A stretch of 64,000 nt of DNA from the human T2T-CHM13v2.0 reference genome, Homo sapiens: the NCBI RefSeq assembly GCF_009914755.1, contig NC_060942.1. One strand, 5' to 3'. The notes under the pieces were generated by a model. That model made no database searches, had not been told where the DNA came from, and worked only from the letters and a program-made list of their open reading frames with translations. Positions 29,312 to 45,058 of the stretch are shown here, piece after piece. Within the stretch, counting starts at the first letter, position 1. Every line of letters starts with the position of its first letter. The position numbers were made by a program, and so were the translations under genes.

Positions 29312-31618
29312 ATAGCTGTTGTTTTTAAAAATGGACATGATTCATTGATAGTCCATCTAAAATGAAGACAAAGTATACCTGGAATGAGACAAATCACCAA
29401 GAAGGTGAATTCAGTGTACAAATTATTTTTTCAGTAATATGACCATTTTATTTGGAGATATGCAGACAGCTGAAAAAATAATTTGACCATGAAACATATG
29501 AGTACACAAAGATAGAGTGTCTGTGGCAAAAGCACTTGTTAGAAGAACAGGCAAAGAACGACTGATTGTACATAGAGGCCTGCCTTGAGCAAAGCTGGTA
29601 TAGGTAGGCACTTAAACCATGAGTTAAGATTGAGGAGAAATCTCCTGCCTACCAATATTGTCTCCTCATAGGGCCACAGCACCTGAAATTTAACCATCAT
29701 TGTCTTCTCTAATCAACTCGTTTAAAATTCAAATACTAAATGCTTTCAATCTTCAGCCTTTGTATAAATGAAGTTGGTTCTTTTGTGTGAAGCTCTGAAT
29801 GGTCCAACGTATCAACAGTGAGAGGAAAGAACAGCTGAGGACTGAAGGTGGAAACATGACACAGCAGGGAAGGAAAGCTCTCAACACCAGCCTGGCTTCA
29901 CTCTTAATTATGATGAAGGCCAGTTCTGCTTTTTTAGCTGTAACTTTCAGGCAATTCCCAGAAGCAAAATGATAAGGGAATTTAGAAATCCTTTTGCCTG
30001 GGAATTCCCATCCCTTTGGTTCTGAGCTCTGAGGTCCCTTTGGTTGGAAGTTCTCAAGGGTCTTGATTCTCTCTAGGAGCCCCTCTGAAACACCCCAGCC
30101 ATGGATGTCCCGAGCTCCTTCCTGGCAAGAAGTCTGTGGACAATTTAAAATAGTTATATTGTTAGATACCAGTAGTGAAAGACTTTAAAGAGATGGGTAA
30201 GTACAGAGCCTCTTTACTTTAATTTTAAAATTACAGCTCTGATTAACGAGAAGCTACGATTTTCTGCACTTGAGTCCAGTGGCCTCTTGCCCACTAATCA
30301 GTGGTGTGTAATCACTTCTCTTGGAAGTACAGTGGAGAACACGGATCTCATTTATTTTACTGTCATGTAGCTCCTGAGGGACAGCCAAGGTGGAAATAAA
30401 TTGTGAGCTGGCATGTGTATTGTCCATATCTCCCAGTCTGTGCTAATCAGAACAATCACTCCCAAAAGCCTCTTGGCTCTCAGACATGGCATTAATTGCT
30501 TATTTGGCTGGCCCTTAATTTGTAAGTAAACCAGAGACACACAACTTCAAACTCAGAGAAATTATTTTAAATTGGTATTTACTCATTTTACGTGAGTCTA
30601 AGACTCTCCTCTTAAGGGATTTCCAGGACGTCTTTACACATTATACATTTCACACTGGTACCAGCTGGGAAAACGAAGCATTGTCACCAGCTCTATTTAT
30701 TGTTAGAAAACATTCCAACCAGAAAAGGAGATATGAGTACTTGTAGAGGTGAGTGAGGACATAGGGGTGTTCCAAGCATAAGATAAATGTTTGTGGGCCA
30801 TAAAGAGCAGTTGAGAGAAAGAAATTCAAGTTTGTTTGGGCTCTGAAATATAGCTAGGGACCCCCGGAAGACATCAAACTGCCTTATAGCCACAACAGAC
30901 AGCCCTTCAATCCATACTATCCATATCCATACTATCACCAGAATTATTTTTCTCCTTGAAATGATTTTTTAATAGCATCACAGAAGACAACAAAAAAACA
31001 CCAGCTAGGATAGCCCCACAATTGTACACTGTTAAAAATGTGTGCGAGCACATTTTATACATGTAACCTGTAGAGATGCTCTTCCTTGCCATCTCCTCCA
31101 CCTCCTGACATGGTCTCTCCTTGTCTGTCAAATCCCTCCACATAGAAGACCTAGCTCAAATGTCACTTCATCTGCAAAATTTGTCCCAACTTTCTGGACA
31201 GGAAGCTTATCTCACCACTGTGTTTCCACAGCATTCACACTTCAAGACCTGCCAGTTCCACCTTCAAAATATTTCTTAAATTTATCTTCTCCTCTCTGGT
31301 GTCCTCTCTCTGTCCGATTTCAGAACCTCTTTTCCTCCCCACTGGAGGTCTGATTGTAGGTTTGTCTCTCCGTTCCATCCTCCACCCATCCACGTCAGCC
31401 CCTGACAGACCAGGAAAAATGTGGGGAGGAAGAAGTGACAGGAGGTCAAGGGTGAGGTGAAGTGTACCAAGGTCACAACAGTGCTGGGAGGGCAGGGGCT
31501 TGAGTCAGAGGGTTGGGCATGGGTTCAAAGAAGGGGCAGCTTCATGGGATGATCCCAAATTAAGTGGCAGGGAAGGGCTGGCTAAGTGGGGTGGGCATGG
31601 ACCAACAAAGTGGGTGAG

Positions 31619-32028
31619 TGTTGGAGGCTGAAAGAATGAGGGTCGTGATCAACTCAGTATACCACTGGAGGCTATATGAGGAAACAGCAAACTGTTCTCA
31701 TGAATGCAGGTTGTTGGCAAACTGACAAAGTGTGTCTGCTACCCAGAAGGAATGCTGAGGGCAGTCACGCCCCAGGAGCAGTGTTTCTTGTGATTAGGTA
31801 CATCTGAAGCCTGTTAGCAATAATGCGAACCTGTGATCAATCCATCAGCTGACCAATTGTTACCTCCTCCTCCCTGCTCTTTCTACCCAATAAATACGAA
31901 GGGCTGTGAAAGGTCAAGGCCCTTGCTTGACAGAAGCAAGGAGCCCCCTGGCCCCTTCTTTAAAACAGATTCTTTTGTTTTCATTTCTTGTCCGTCCCCC
32001 TTCGTTCAGTCCTGTAGTACCCATCACA
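31619..32028 (+). mobile_element. Solo LTR3 (HERV-K HML-6 group)
   Basis: TG...CA termini, perfect 6-bp TSD ggtgag (31613-31618 and 32029-32034); 5' end tgttggaggc.gaaagaatgagggtcgtga matches recalled LTR3. Confidence 0.88.
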
Positions 32029-32678
32029 GGTGAGCACCAGGATGCAGGTGAGTGGACACTGAAAGAAGTAGACAAAGGCTCTTAAGGCTTAGTATGCATA
32101 CAAATTACTTGGCATGCTTGACAAAATGCATATTACCAGGAATAGCCCTCAAAGACTCTAATCAGCATAGCTGGTGGTGGGCCTAGGAATCTGTATTTCA
32201 ATAAACACTTCAGGTAGTTTTGATATAGATGGGCCCTTGACCGTACTTTAGGAGATGTTGTCTGTTATAAGCTGAATTGTGCCCATACCCCCAAATTTAT
32301 ATACTGAAGTCCTAACTCCCCAATAACTCAGAATGTATTTGTAGACAGGGCCTTTAAAGGAGTAAAGTAAAAGGAGGTCATATGGTTGGGGCCTAATCCC
32401 TCCTCAGTTGATGAGGAGGGAAAATAAGGTTCTTAGGGGAAAGTCATGCTTCACTCAAGGCAAAGAGGGGGTGGAAGTAAAGAACATTCTGGACATTACA
32501 AATTAAAATAGATTTCTCTCTAGAAAACCTTATCAAAATGGCAATCTACAGGTTGCTTTAAAAATTTAACTAAACAAAAAAGTTTTCACCAACAAGACTA
32601 GGGGAAGGCGACAAGTTTAGAGAACAACACAATTTTGGAAGCTGGAGAGCAGCTAGAAAAGTGGCAAATGCATTAACA

Positions 32679-32863
32679 CAGTGGTTCTCAAAGTGTGGTT
32701 CCCCAACAGCAGCATAGATATTACCTGTAAATTTGTTAGGCAAGCAGATCCTTGAGTCCCATTCCAGACTAACTGAATTAGAAACTCTGCAAGTGGAGCC
32801 CAGGAATCTGTGTTTTAACAAGCCCTCCTGGGGATAATGCATGCTGAGGTTTGAGAATCGCTG
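32679..32863 (+). mobile_element. MER5A
   Basis: cagtggttctcaaagtgtggt...gtttgagaatcgctg terminal inverted repeats. Confidence 0.85.
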
Positions 32864-33129
32864 ACTTAGCAGACCGGAAAGGATTGATCAGAGCTGTCAG
32901 TCACAAAATTCAAGAAGGAATCCTACCAAAAGGCTCAAGAGTGACCATCCAGATAATGTAGAAATAGAGACCGAGAATCTAAAATTGTGAGAGTTAGTTA
33001 AAAGGGTTTCAAAAGCAGTTACGGCCCAAGACTTCTCCCCAGTTCTTTATACCTGCAGGCTCAATTCTGGCACACAAAGTGGACAGATCAGGTAAGAACA
33101 GGTGTATTTCTGCCTTGGTGGACTACATA

Positions 33130-33175
33130 TCAGGTTAGTGCAAAAGTAATTGCAATTTTTGCCATTACCTTTAAT
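33130..33175. mobile_element. Half MADE1 (Hsmar1 MITE)
   Basis: tcaggttagtgcaaaagtaattgcaatttttgccattac, one arm only. Confidence 0.75.
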
Positions 33176-34482
33176 ATTATATTAAGTCCCAATTTTGGGA
33201 ATGGGTTATATGTTATCATATTTAGATAGATGATTGCCTTGTTCCCAAGGCAGTTATTACCGAATGCAAAAAGGCAGGGTGATGATTTGGTATAGCCACT
33301 GAACCAGGAAGCAAGAGACCTTATTCTAGATTTAACTCTGTCTCTAACTAACTGTGTAACCATGGCAAGAACGTCCTCAGCTCCTTATCTGCATCAGGCT
33401 ATTTTAAGGGCCTTTGCACACAAATATTCTACAGTCATATATTTCATTAAGAATGAAGAAGAACCATAAAATAAAAGAAACATGATGCTAATTACAAGCA
33501 TTGCCTAATTAAACTAACAGAATGATCTCTTTTTAGATACTTGCTGTTTGAGGTTTCTATGTTTATGAGTATTTAACTCTGATCAAACTGTTTCAACAAA
33601 TATATACAGAACTTCTACTGGGTGTGCAAATGCAGTGTTTATAAATATCACACAATCACCTGTGAAATGAGATTACGGAGATATTTAGAAGGGCTACTGG
33701 AACTATGGGTGACATTGTTTTTATATATTTTTACCTTTTTGTAATGTTGCAATACTATTTTCCTGCTTAAAATTTAAGGACTGCCACAAGGATAGCAAAT
33801 GGGTTATCTTAAGTGCCATTTCTGATCAATTGTTAATGTCTGTTTGGAATTCTTTATTGAGGGCTACAAAGCTCATTTCAGACTCATGGGAGAGAATGTT
33901 TTGATCACTTAGTAATGTCTGCCATGTGAAAAGGACAGGGCATGTGCTCTGTATTTACCAGTACCGTGCTTCTATAACCTAGAGGCAAAATGACTTCTTC
34001 CCTTTGGCTATTTGAATGTGGCTCCTGGATTCCACATTTAAAGCTTAGTCCTTCTCCTACTATCCTTAATTAGAGATAGAATACTTATTAGGTAGCAGCC
34101 AACTGGGGCTACAGGATCCCAGATCTAGCTTTTCTTTTGGGGAACATTTCATGCACAATTTGAGGGGAGCAAGAGGATATTTCCTTTCAAGGAGGCTCTG
34201 GAGAACTATTGCTCAGGGCAGATGCTTCTCATCCCCTCAGAGCCAACCTGAAGACCCATACATCTTCCCTCCCTCCCCACCACACCAATCATGGTAGAGC
34301 TCCGGCATCATGACTTGGAGATGGCTTTTCCAAGCCAGTCTTGAGGCAGGGACCTTCCAAATCCACTCTGGCACTCTAAGGGGCCTGAAGATGCAAAGCA
34401 GACAAGACTCTCAGCTCATAGGTCAGGCCCATCGGGACACCAAGCAGGAGTTCCACTGCCTCCCAGGATGGAGAGCCTGTCA

Positions 34483-34671
<189 letters not shown>

Positions 34672-34978
34672 TCACCGATGCCCTGCAGTCCCCATTCTGC
34701 TATCTCATTGCAGAGAAGCCAAGGCTATTTCCTGGAGATAATCCTTATGGCAGGCAGAGGGCCGGATTAGTATTTGTTCCTGGTTTCCTGGATACCCACA
34801 CTTGCCTAGCAACCAGATGACTAGGGCAGAATGCAAGCCCCCCCAAACACCTGAGCGTTTTCTTAATCTACTTCGGAAGTCTCTCCCCATTAGGAAGTCC
34901 CTGTGGCCTGTATCCAAATTCAGGTCTCACCATAACCCTTTTCAGTCCCTATTCACAATAAATACAGAGGCAAATTTA

Positions 34979-35143
<165 letters not shown>

Positions 35144-36079
35144 CTATGGTGAGAAATAAAAACATTTGAGTGGGCATAACTGAAGAAATGTGTTTATTCT
35201 CATAGCTGACCCACTCTCAGGAGGGTACCTGCTTTGGGCTCTTTCTTCAGCAGTGAGGATGGGTTTGCTTCAATCAAGCCACCCTCACATATTTTATCTT
35301 CTCATGACCCTTGTAACCAGGAGCACGTGAGGGCAAGACAGCCACAGAGGGCAAGGGTTCAGTCTGGGCCGGTGAAACTGAACAAAAATAACGGCCCCAC
35401 AGTGGGATTCAGACTAAAGAAGATCCTCCAAGCAATAAACTTCCAGTAACAAAATCTATAGGGCAGCCCTGCAAATTAGCACAGGCCCACAGCCCCAGGA
35501 CTCTACTGGGCAGTGAAACAGACAAAAAGATCAATAAGCAGTCATGCCCTTTCTCTAGGGGCTCATAGTCTAGCAGAAAAGATAAATATATAAAGAGCAA
35601 TGAACTGAGTGGTGTAACAGAGGTACCAATGGGGTGCTGAGAGGAGAGCCTCAAATTACAAATTATTCCTACCTAAAGGTTGAAATAGCACTTCCATTGG
35701 GGGAAAAAATCTTTGCTCTAGTTTTATGCATAATGGAAAGTTTTAAAGCTGAATTTTAAAAAAGTTCTAAAATTCATACTTTTGATTAAATTTGATCCTT
35801 ACTCTCTAAATCAGTCCATATTGGGCAGTCTGACACTAAGTGTTCTCAGGGTCTCTGTTCTGCAATGATTCCCCAACTCCTGGATAGTTTAAGCCATTCC
35901 ATACTAACTTCTTTGCCCAGCCTTGGTTCTGGACTGTTTGATTCAGATGAATGGGCCAGATAGAAATTGTACCCCATTCAATACATTGCTTACAAATCAT
36001 CAAATTTGTCTCCCTTTGCAGGGACCTAAAATCTCCATCGTACCTTTTTGTCTTCAAACTTGGTCCAAAACCTGGCTTA

Positions 36080-36349
<270 letters not shown>

Positions 36350-36883
36350 TCAGGAAGTGAAGAGATTTTCATATTACCATGGGGAAGAAGGAAAAATCCA
36401 AAATGATCAGGACTGAAGGGCGGGGTATACACAGGTGTGTCCCACTCTCAGAAACCCATTATAGCCAAATTTAGAAAGCTAAGGATTCCTTACTATTAAA
36501 AATAAGGTGCTATAATGTTCTTTTTAATGGCTAAAGTGTATTCGTATGTTTTAAATCGGGGAACGAGTTGACTCCACCCACCCTATGTCCAGTACTTTCA
36601 GAGTGCACTGTAGTGAACGATTCAGGTTAACACCTAGCCCATCACAGCAGCTTATTCCATTTGGTGACACTGGAGTCAGCCTTGGTGCCAGGGGTGTGAC
36701 TCTATATGGCCTGTACTTTGGAGAGTGGAGCTGCTTGGCGGGGTTGGGGGAGCTTTTTCCTTCCTTTCTGGAGGAGACTTGAGAAGCAGGAGTGGACTGC
36801 CCTCATAGCTTTTGCCTAGTGGTCTGACATTCTGGCCTCTGCTGACCCTGGCTGAGAGGCCTCCAGGTTCTGGGTCTCTCTCA

Positions 36884-37087
<204 letters not shown>

Positions 37088-40000
37088 TCAGCAGGCTCCC
37101 AGCCCCACATTTAGAGACATCTGTATTAGGACTCTCAAGGAATGGCATCTTTTCTGTTGCCTATCTCATTAAATCTTAAATCAAGAAATGCAACCTCCAA
37201 GGAGTCTTCCAAAGTAGGTATCACCCATCTTCCAATTAGCTATTCAAATCTCAAACTTTTCCTCTATACACAACACTCTCTTTGAATACCGTATTTCTTT
37301 AAGCACATCATAAATTCTCAGTTAATCTGAACCAAATGAACTAGACTACTAGGTTAATTCCCTATAATTATCTTGTAGGAAAAAGGTAAGTCCCATGCAA
37401 GCTAATTAATATCTGGAATGTAATATAAAAACCAACTTCTCTCTTTTAGGCTTGATCCTCATTCAACCTTCTCTCTTATACCTTCTCTATCTCTACCCAG
37501 TTCTGAACCCATGGATTTCGAACACTCACATTATAAATGTTGAAAGGATTTCTCCTGGCACACTACAGAATCCTCTATCAGCAAAGAAATTTTGACTCTC
37601 ACATTACTGGTTTCTAAGCTTTACTTTCTTAACTTGAAAACTAATCTTTTCAACTTGAAAACTAATCTGACCCTCCCATCAGTCAAGGTTTTGACCAACC
37701 ATTGTCTTACTGGGTATTTGTTGTCTACTGTTCATAGTGACAAAAATTGACTGTAACTTCCTTAACTTGAATTCTTGCCCTTAGATATTCCCAGGTAATA
37801 CTCACCTCATACTCACTATTGACCATTGTGATGAACCTTAACTTATAAGAAGCACCAGATGAAGGATGCTAAGAGATGGTGGGAGGGGAGTATGTACCCC
37901 TTCAAACTTCCAGAGAAATGCTCCTCCCTAGAGATAAATGATGGCTCAGGACCACAGGCAGTAGCCCCCTCAAACATTTAGCCCTCTGACACAAATATAC
38001 TGGCAATTAATATAGTTCACCCCACCTGCATTCAATAGATAGGAAACCTGAGGTCTAGAAAGAAGAATAAAGTGCCCAAGTTAGCACCTTTAGTTAGTGG
38101 CAGAACAAGGAATATAAGTATTCCTGACACTAATTGTCAGTTTGGGATCTTTTCTACTCATCAGGAAGAACCTCAGAATTTCTATTTGTGGCTGAGGTTC
38201 ACTGGGATCCATTGTTGCACTCCATTTTTTATGCTGAAGATTCCATGTGACCACATATTTAGAAGTGGACCTATACATAGGCAAAGTTGGAGAGCATCCT
38301 CGACAAGTTGAGGGCACAGGAGGGTATAATCACCAACAATTTATTTACAAGTCTTTCTTTCCTCTCAACAAATCCTGCAGATGTTTCCTCGTTTACTCTT
38401 GAATTGTTCTCTCATTGTTAACTGTGTATTGGTTAGTTTTGTTTTTTTAAGAAGTAGTAAAATCCTAAAAGTCTGAGGTTGTGTGTTTTCTCACCCCATG
38501 GGTTCCCTGAACATGGTTCTAAACATATAGTAAGCGCTTAAAAATTTATGATAAAAGTTCTGGTTCTAGAAGGTTAAAGGTTAGGTAAGCAACAAAATAT
38601 AGTATTGTTACTAGAGCTTGTGGTTTTTATCTCAGGATTTTGTTTGTTTTATTGTTTTGTTAAACATAACTATCCTGAGGGTATCATATTCTGTTATTTA
38701 AAAACTATTTTGTCATTATCTTTAAAAATAATTTAGTGTAATTCATATATTAAAAATGTTTGCTTCTGGACTAGGTAGTCAGAACTAGGTAGCCTGAAAA
38801 GCCTCTCATCACCACAAAATAGCCATATGTTACATAAACCACAGGAAGTATCACTTTACATACATTGCTGAGCTGCCAAGGGGTTACAGAGAAGCCGTAA
38901 GAACCAGCAAAATTCAGAGTAAGCAGAAACCCAGAGAGTAGGCAAATGTGAATGCTAAAGTTGGTGCTACCCTGAAGCAAAAGACAATCTCTGGCACTCA
39001 GAGACCAGGAAACTAATAGCCACTTGAGGATGCAGGAAACTAGGCCATGGGCTTTACAAAATGGAGATTCCAAACTGGAAACACTGAATAAGCAGAAATA
39101 TTTGAAGGACTGCTCCTTTAGACAAAAGGTAGACAGGGAAAAATCTGCAAAGAGAAGCCTACCTTTTTTGTCTTTGCTCCAGACAGAAAATAATAATAGT
39201 TTTACCTAAGAAATAGTTACCATAAGCTTGGTCATAGTCAGAACAAATAGTAATAAATGCACATGTAGACATATTGAGGAGAAGCAGGAGAATACCAAAA
39301 ACAAGATCTTAAGAGCATCTGGATAGAAAAAACAGATAGTGGCAATTAGACGAACAGAAGCCAGAAGATACTGGGGAGGAAAACTCAATATAGAATTCTG
39401 TACCGTAAAATTATTTTTCAAGAATGACAGCGATATAAAACACATTTTTCAAATGAACAAAATCAGAGTTTACCAACAATAGACCTTTATCAAAGAAACT
39501 TCTAAAGGGTATCTTCAGGAAGAAGAAAATTGACACCAGAAATAAGGTCTTAGATGCAAGAAGAAGTGACAAGCAAACAAACTGGGAAACTTGTAGGTAA
39601 ATCTGAACAAGCAACTCTATAAAACAATGATATCTAATGTGTATGTTTTAAAATAATTTAAAATGGAGCTAAAATACTAGGCAAAAAAATAGCATGCAGA
39701 ACTATTACTATTAGAGATTTCTAAGGTCCTTGCATTTGCCAAAAAAGAGTAAAGATATCAATTACATTTAGGGTTTCCCATATTAAGTATGTACAGTAAA
39801 ATCACTATAAAAGGAAAAAATAGGGAAAAACAGTCAATCCAAAATAATTTTAAAAGAAGAAAAAAGAAACAGTAAAAGCAGAACAGATATATCAGTAATT
39901 ACAATAAATATAAGCAGACTAAATTTGCCAGTTCAGAGATAAATAGTATCAGATTGGATAATGATAAAGATTGAACTCGCTAGGAGGCTATAATAATTCT

Positions 40001-40098
40001 GTGCTTAGTAACATAGCCTCAAACTATATAAAGCAAAAATTGTTCTACAATAAGAAATATCTACCACCTTAGTGGTATATATTTCAATAGTGGTACAT

Positions 40099-40099
<1 letters not shown>

Positions 40100-40134
<35 letters not shown>
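40100..40134. repeat. (CA)17 microsatellite
   Basis: Directly visible. Confidence 0.95.
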
Positions 40135-40136
<2 letters not shown>

Positions 40137-40306
40137 CTACCTGTACAATTTTGCAGGAGACTGCAACCAAACATTTGGGAAACATCACTGCAATTTTTTA
40201 CAGTCTCTTTTAGGAAAGGACATACTTCTCATTTCACTCTAAAATCATAACCAATCGACAACTGTACAAGAAAGGAATAAGGGGCCAATGCTACTCATGA
40301 ACATAG

Positions 40307-40618
<312 letters not shown>

Positions 40619-42868
40619 AGAAAAATTCTATATTAAACTTTAATAACTCTAAAAACATGTAAAACAATCTATTATCACCAAGTTTGACTTATAAAAAAGC
40701 AGTTAGTTTGCCATTTGAAAATGCACTCATATTAGTGCACCAACTTAATGAATAAAAGAGAAAGACCATACAACTATCTCATTAAGTGCAGAAAAGCATT
40801 AGATAAAATTTAACACCAATTCATCATAAAAACTCCTTACAATATAAAAGTAGAAGGGAATTTTACAAATCTAATCTAAGAATGTCTACCATAAACTTGC
40901 AAAAAAATCAACCAAATAAAATATTAGAAGCAGCTCCTTTAGTATCAGAAACAAAATAAAGATATCCACTATTAATCCTACTACTCAGCATTGTACTGTA
41001 GGTCTTAGGCCATGTGGTCAAATAAACAAAAAAGAAGAAAGAACTATAAGCTTTGAAAATTAAAAAAAAAAAACTGTTATCATTTACAATTTGACTTCCT
41101 ACAGAAAAAAAACAAAGAATTATTGAGACATTATCAGAATTAACAATAGAGTTTAGCAAAATGGCCATATGTAAACTAAATGTCCAGAAAATACTTCTAT
41201 TTCTATATCAGCAACAAATTGTTAGAAAATATAATTTTTAAAGAGGTACCACTTATAATAGTAACAAAAATTATAAGGTCTCTTAAACATATCTAACAGA
41301 CATGCAATTTCTTTATCACAAAATATAAAACTATATTGAAAACTATTAAAGAAGACATAAATTTTAAGAAGTATACCATATCCATAGATAGGGAAAGTCA
41401 ATATAGTAAAGATGTCAGTTCTTTCAAACGAATCTATAGGTCCAAATGAATTCTGTTCAACACTGTTCTTCATGGGATTTGGCAAAATAAATAAATACAG
41501 ATTTCTTTGGAAGGGTAAATGGTTATGAATAGTCAAAATATTCTTGAGGAAGAATAACAAGGTAAACAAATTTCCCTAGCAGATACTAAGACAGTATAAA
41601 CGTAAAAATGAAGACAGTGAGTGTTATATTAGTGCAGAAATAAACTAAATAAATGGAACAGACTAGAAAACTCAGTGGCAAAGCCATGCATTTTGTGAAT
41701 TTTATGTGTGGTAGAAAAGTCTTTTCAGAACAGTGGGAAAAGAATTACTATTTAGTAAATCAGTGCTTCCAAAACTTTCTTAATGATAAGAATTATCTAA
41801 ACCACTTGCTAAATATCCAGATTACCTGGAAATTCTGACTCATTAGGTCTGAATTAGAGCCTAGGAATCTATTTTTATCAAGAATTCCAGGTGATTCTTA
41901 ACCTTGGTCAAGTTTTAAAAGCCCTTCAATAAATGTTGCTGGAACATTTGCATATCTCCATGGAAAAAAATAAAATTGAATTTCTCCCTCACAAAATTCA
42001 ATTCCTAGTATTTTAAAAATATAAATGGAAAAATTAAAACAACAATTTTTAGAAAAGGATATAGGAGAATGTCTTCATAGCTCTGAGATAAGTGGATTTC
42101 TTTCATTAATACCAAATGCATTAGTCATAAAGGAAAAGATTGATAAACTAGATACTTTTAAATTAAATCTCTTACTCAAAGAACATCACAAACTATGAGA
42201 AAATATTTGAACATATATTATCAACAAAGAATTAATATCCAGATTAAATTTTAAAACTCCTAAAAATAAATCCAAAGATAGATTGGTCAATAGGAAAATC
42301 AGTAAAAGACATGAACAGACATTTTACATAAAAAGAAACATGAATGGCCAATAAAAAAATAAAAACACATTCAACCTTGGTAGTAATCATAAAAATAAGA
42401 ATTAAAACCACAACAGGATCATTTTACAACCTCCAAAATGGTGAAAATTAAAAATTCAGACAATATCAAGCATTTACAAGAATGTATAAAACAAAATATC
42501 TCTTACACATGGCTGACAGGAGAGTAAAATGGTGCAACTATTTTGGAAAACAACCTGGAATCCTTTGGAAATAATAGTTATCCTATAAAGCTGAAGATTC
42601 ACTTACCCTGTGACCTAGCACTTTCATTCTGAGAAGCTCTTGCACACTTCCACAAAGATACATGTACAAGAACTTCATGGCAGGATTGCTCATAGTAGTA
42701 AAAATCAAGAAATCACTCCAAAATATCCATCGACAGAAGAATGGACAAATAAATTGTAACTCATTCATACAATGGAATACTTTGCAGCAGGGAAGTGGAT
42801 GAACTACAGCTTCTGTTACCATTTGGACAAATCTCTAAAACATAATGTTGAGTGAAAATTGACAGTTA

Positions 42869-43242
<374 letters not shown>

Positions 43243-43739
43243 TCATAATAGTATGTGCCCTTTGAGGGAAAGAGAACTATATGACTGTGGAAGGACACAG
43301 AGGAGTTTAAAAGCATCACGAATGTTCTATTTCTCAAGCTGTGTGATAGACAAAATTGAGGTTTGCTTTTTAACATTCCTTATGTCTTACAGTTATTAAT
43401 ATATATTCTTTAAAGTATAAGTATTCCACAATACAAACATATACTTTAAAATACTTATTGATTGAAAGATTTATAAGCTGAGGTGAAACACTACACCAGG
43501 AATCAGGATAATCATAACCACCAACTGAGCGCCTCTGGGTAACCTGTCCTGCTTGGCCCTTGGACGCTTGCACAGAACAGCCCCTGTTCCTGACCACTTT
43601 TGAGGCAAGATAGACGGACACGTAACCACCCAAAATGCCCAATGAAAGAGATTGCCCATGCACTCTGTAACTAGTTCAGAGAAGTAGCATTCAGGTTAAA
43701 GTTTGTACTTGCAAGTTAAAGAGGAGAGGGGTTGAATCA

Positions 43740-44171
<432 letters not shown>

Positions 44172-44744
44172 CTAATGTCCCTCTCAACCTCATTTCATCT
44201 TTTCCAGAGTTTGTGTGTCCAATGCATCTGAGTTTGAAAATAAACCGCACGTATTATTACAGGAAGCTGTCAGTGCTGATTAGAGGAAACTAACAAAGAG
44301 AAGGAGGAACTCGGGTTGGCTAAGAATAGTACTTATTATTAATGATAATTACCATGCGTACATTATTAATAGCTGCCAGATGAATTCTGTTATGTCTAAT
44401 CTAATTATAATAGTCAACTCCATTAATGGAGATTTACGTTCAGGGCTATCTGATTCATTTCGCTTGCTCTTTTGCTGATAACTTAAAAACATAACTTTTA
44501 ATAGAGGACATTAATGTCCTCCTTTGCTGCCTGATGTGGTAGGGTGAGGAGGATTGAGGGAGAGAGAGAACATTGTTGGTTGGGCCATTTGAGGTTCTGG
44601 TCTATCAGGAGGCAATATGAGGACATGGAATTCTGAGGAAGAACTAGCAAAGGGAGATTAAACTCTGGGACTGGGCGAAGTAAAAGAAAATACCAAAGAC
44701 AAACATTTGGACAGGCAATTCTACTAAGGACTGGCCTGGCCTAG

Positions 44745-45058
44745 ATTTTTTTATTTTATTTATTTTTTATTTTTTTGAGACAGAGTCTCACTCTATCACC
44801 CAGGCTGGAATCTAGTGGTGTGATCTCAGTTCACTGCAACCTCTACTTCCCAGGCTCAAGCGATTCTCGTGTCTCAGCCTCCTGAGTGGCTGGGATTACA
44901 GACATGTGCCACCACACCTGGTTAATTTTTGTATTTTTAGTAGAGACAGGTTTTCACCATGTTGGCCAGACTGGTCTCGAACCCCTGGCCTCAAGTGATC
45001 CACCCCCCTCAGACTCCCAAAGTGCTGAGATTACAGGCATGAGACACCATGCCTGGCC
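44745..45058 (-). mobile_element. AluS
   Basis: Reverse full-length Alu with T-rich tail. Confidence 0.9.

Noticed and set aside
33130-33175. Possible miR-548-type hairpin from MADE1
   Set aside because: Only one arm is present, so no hairpin can form
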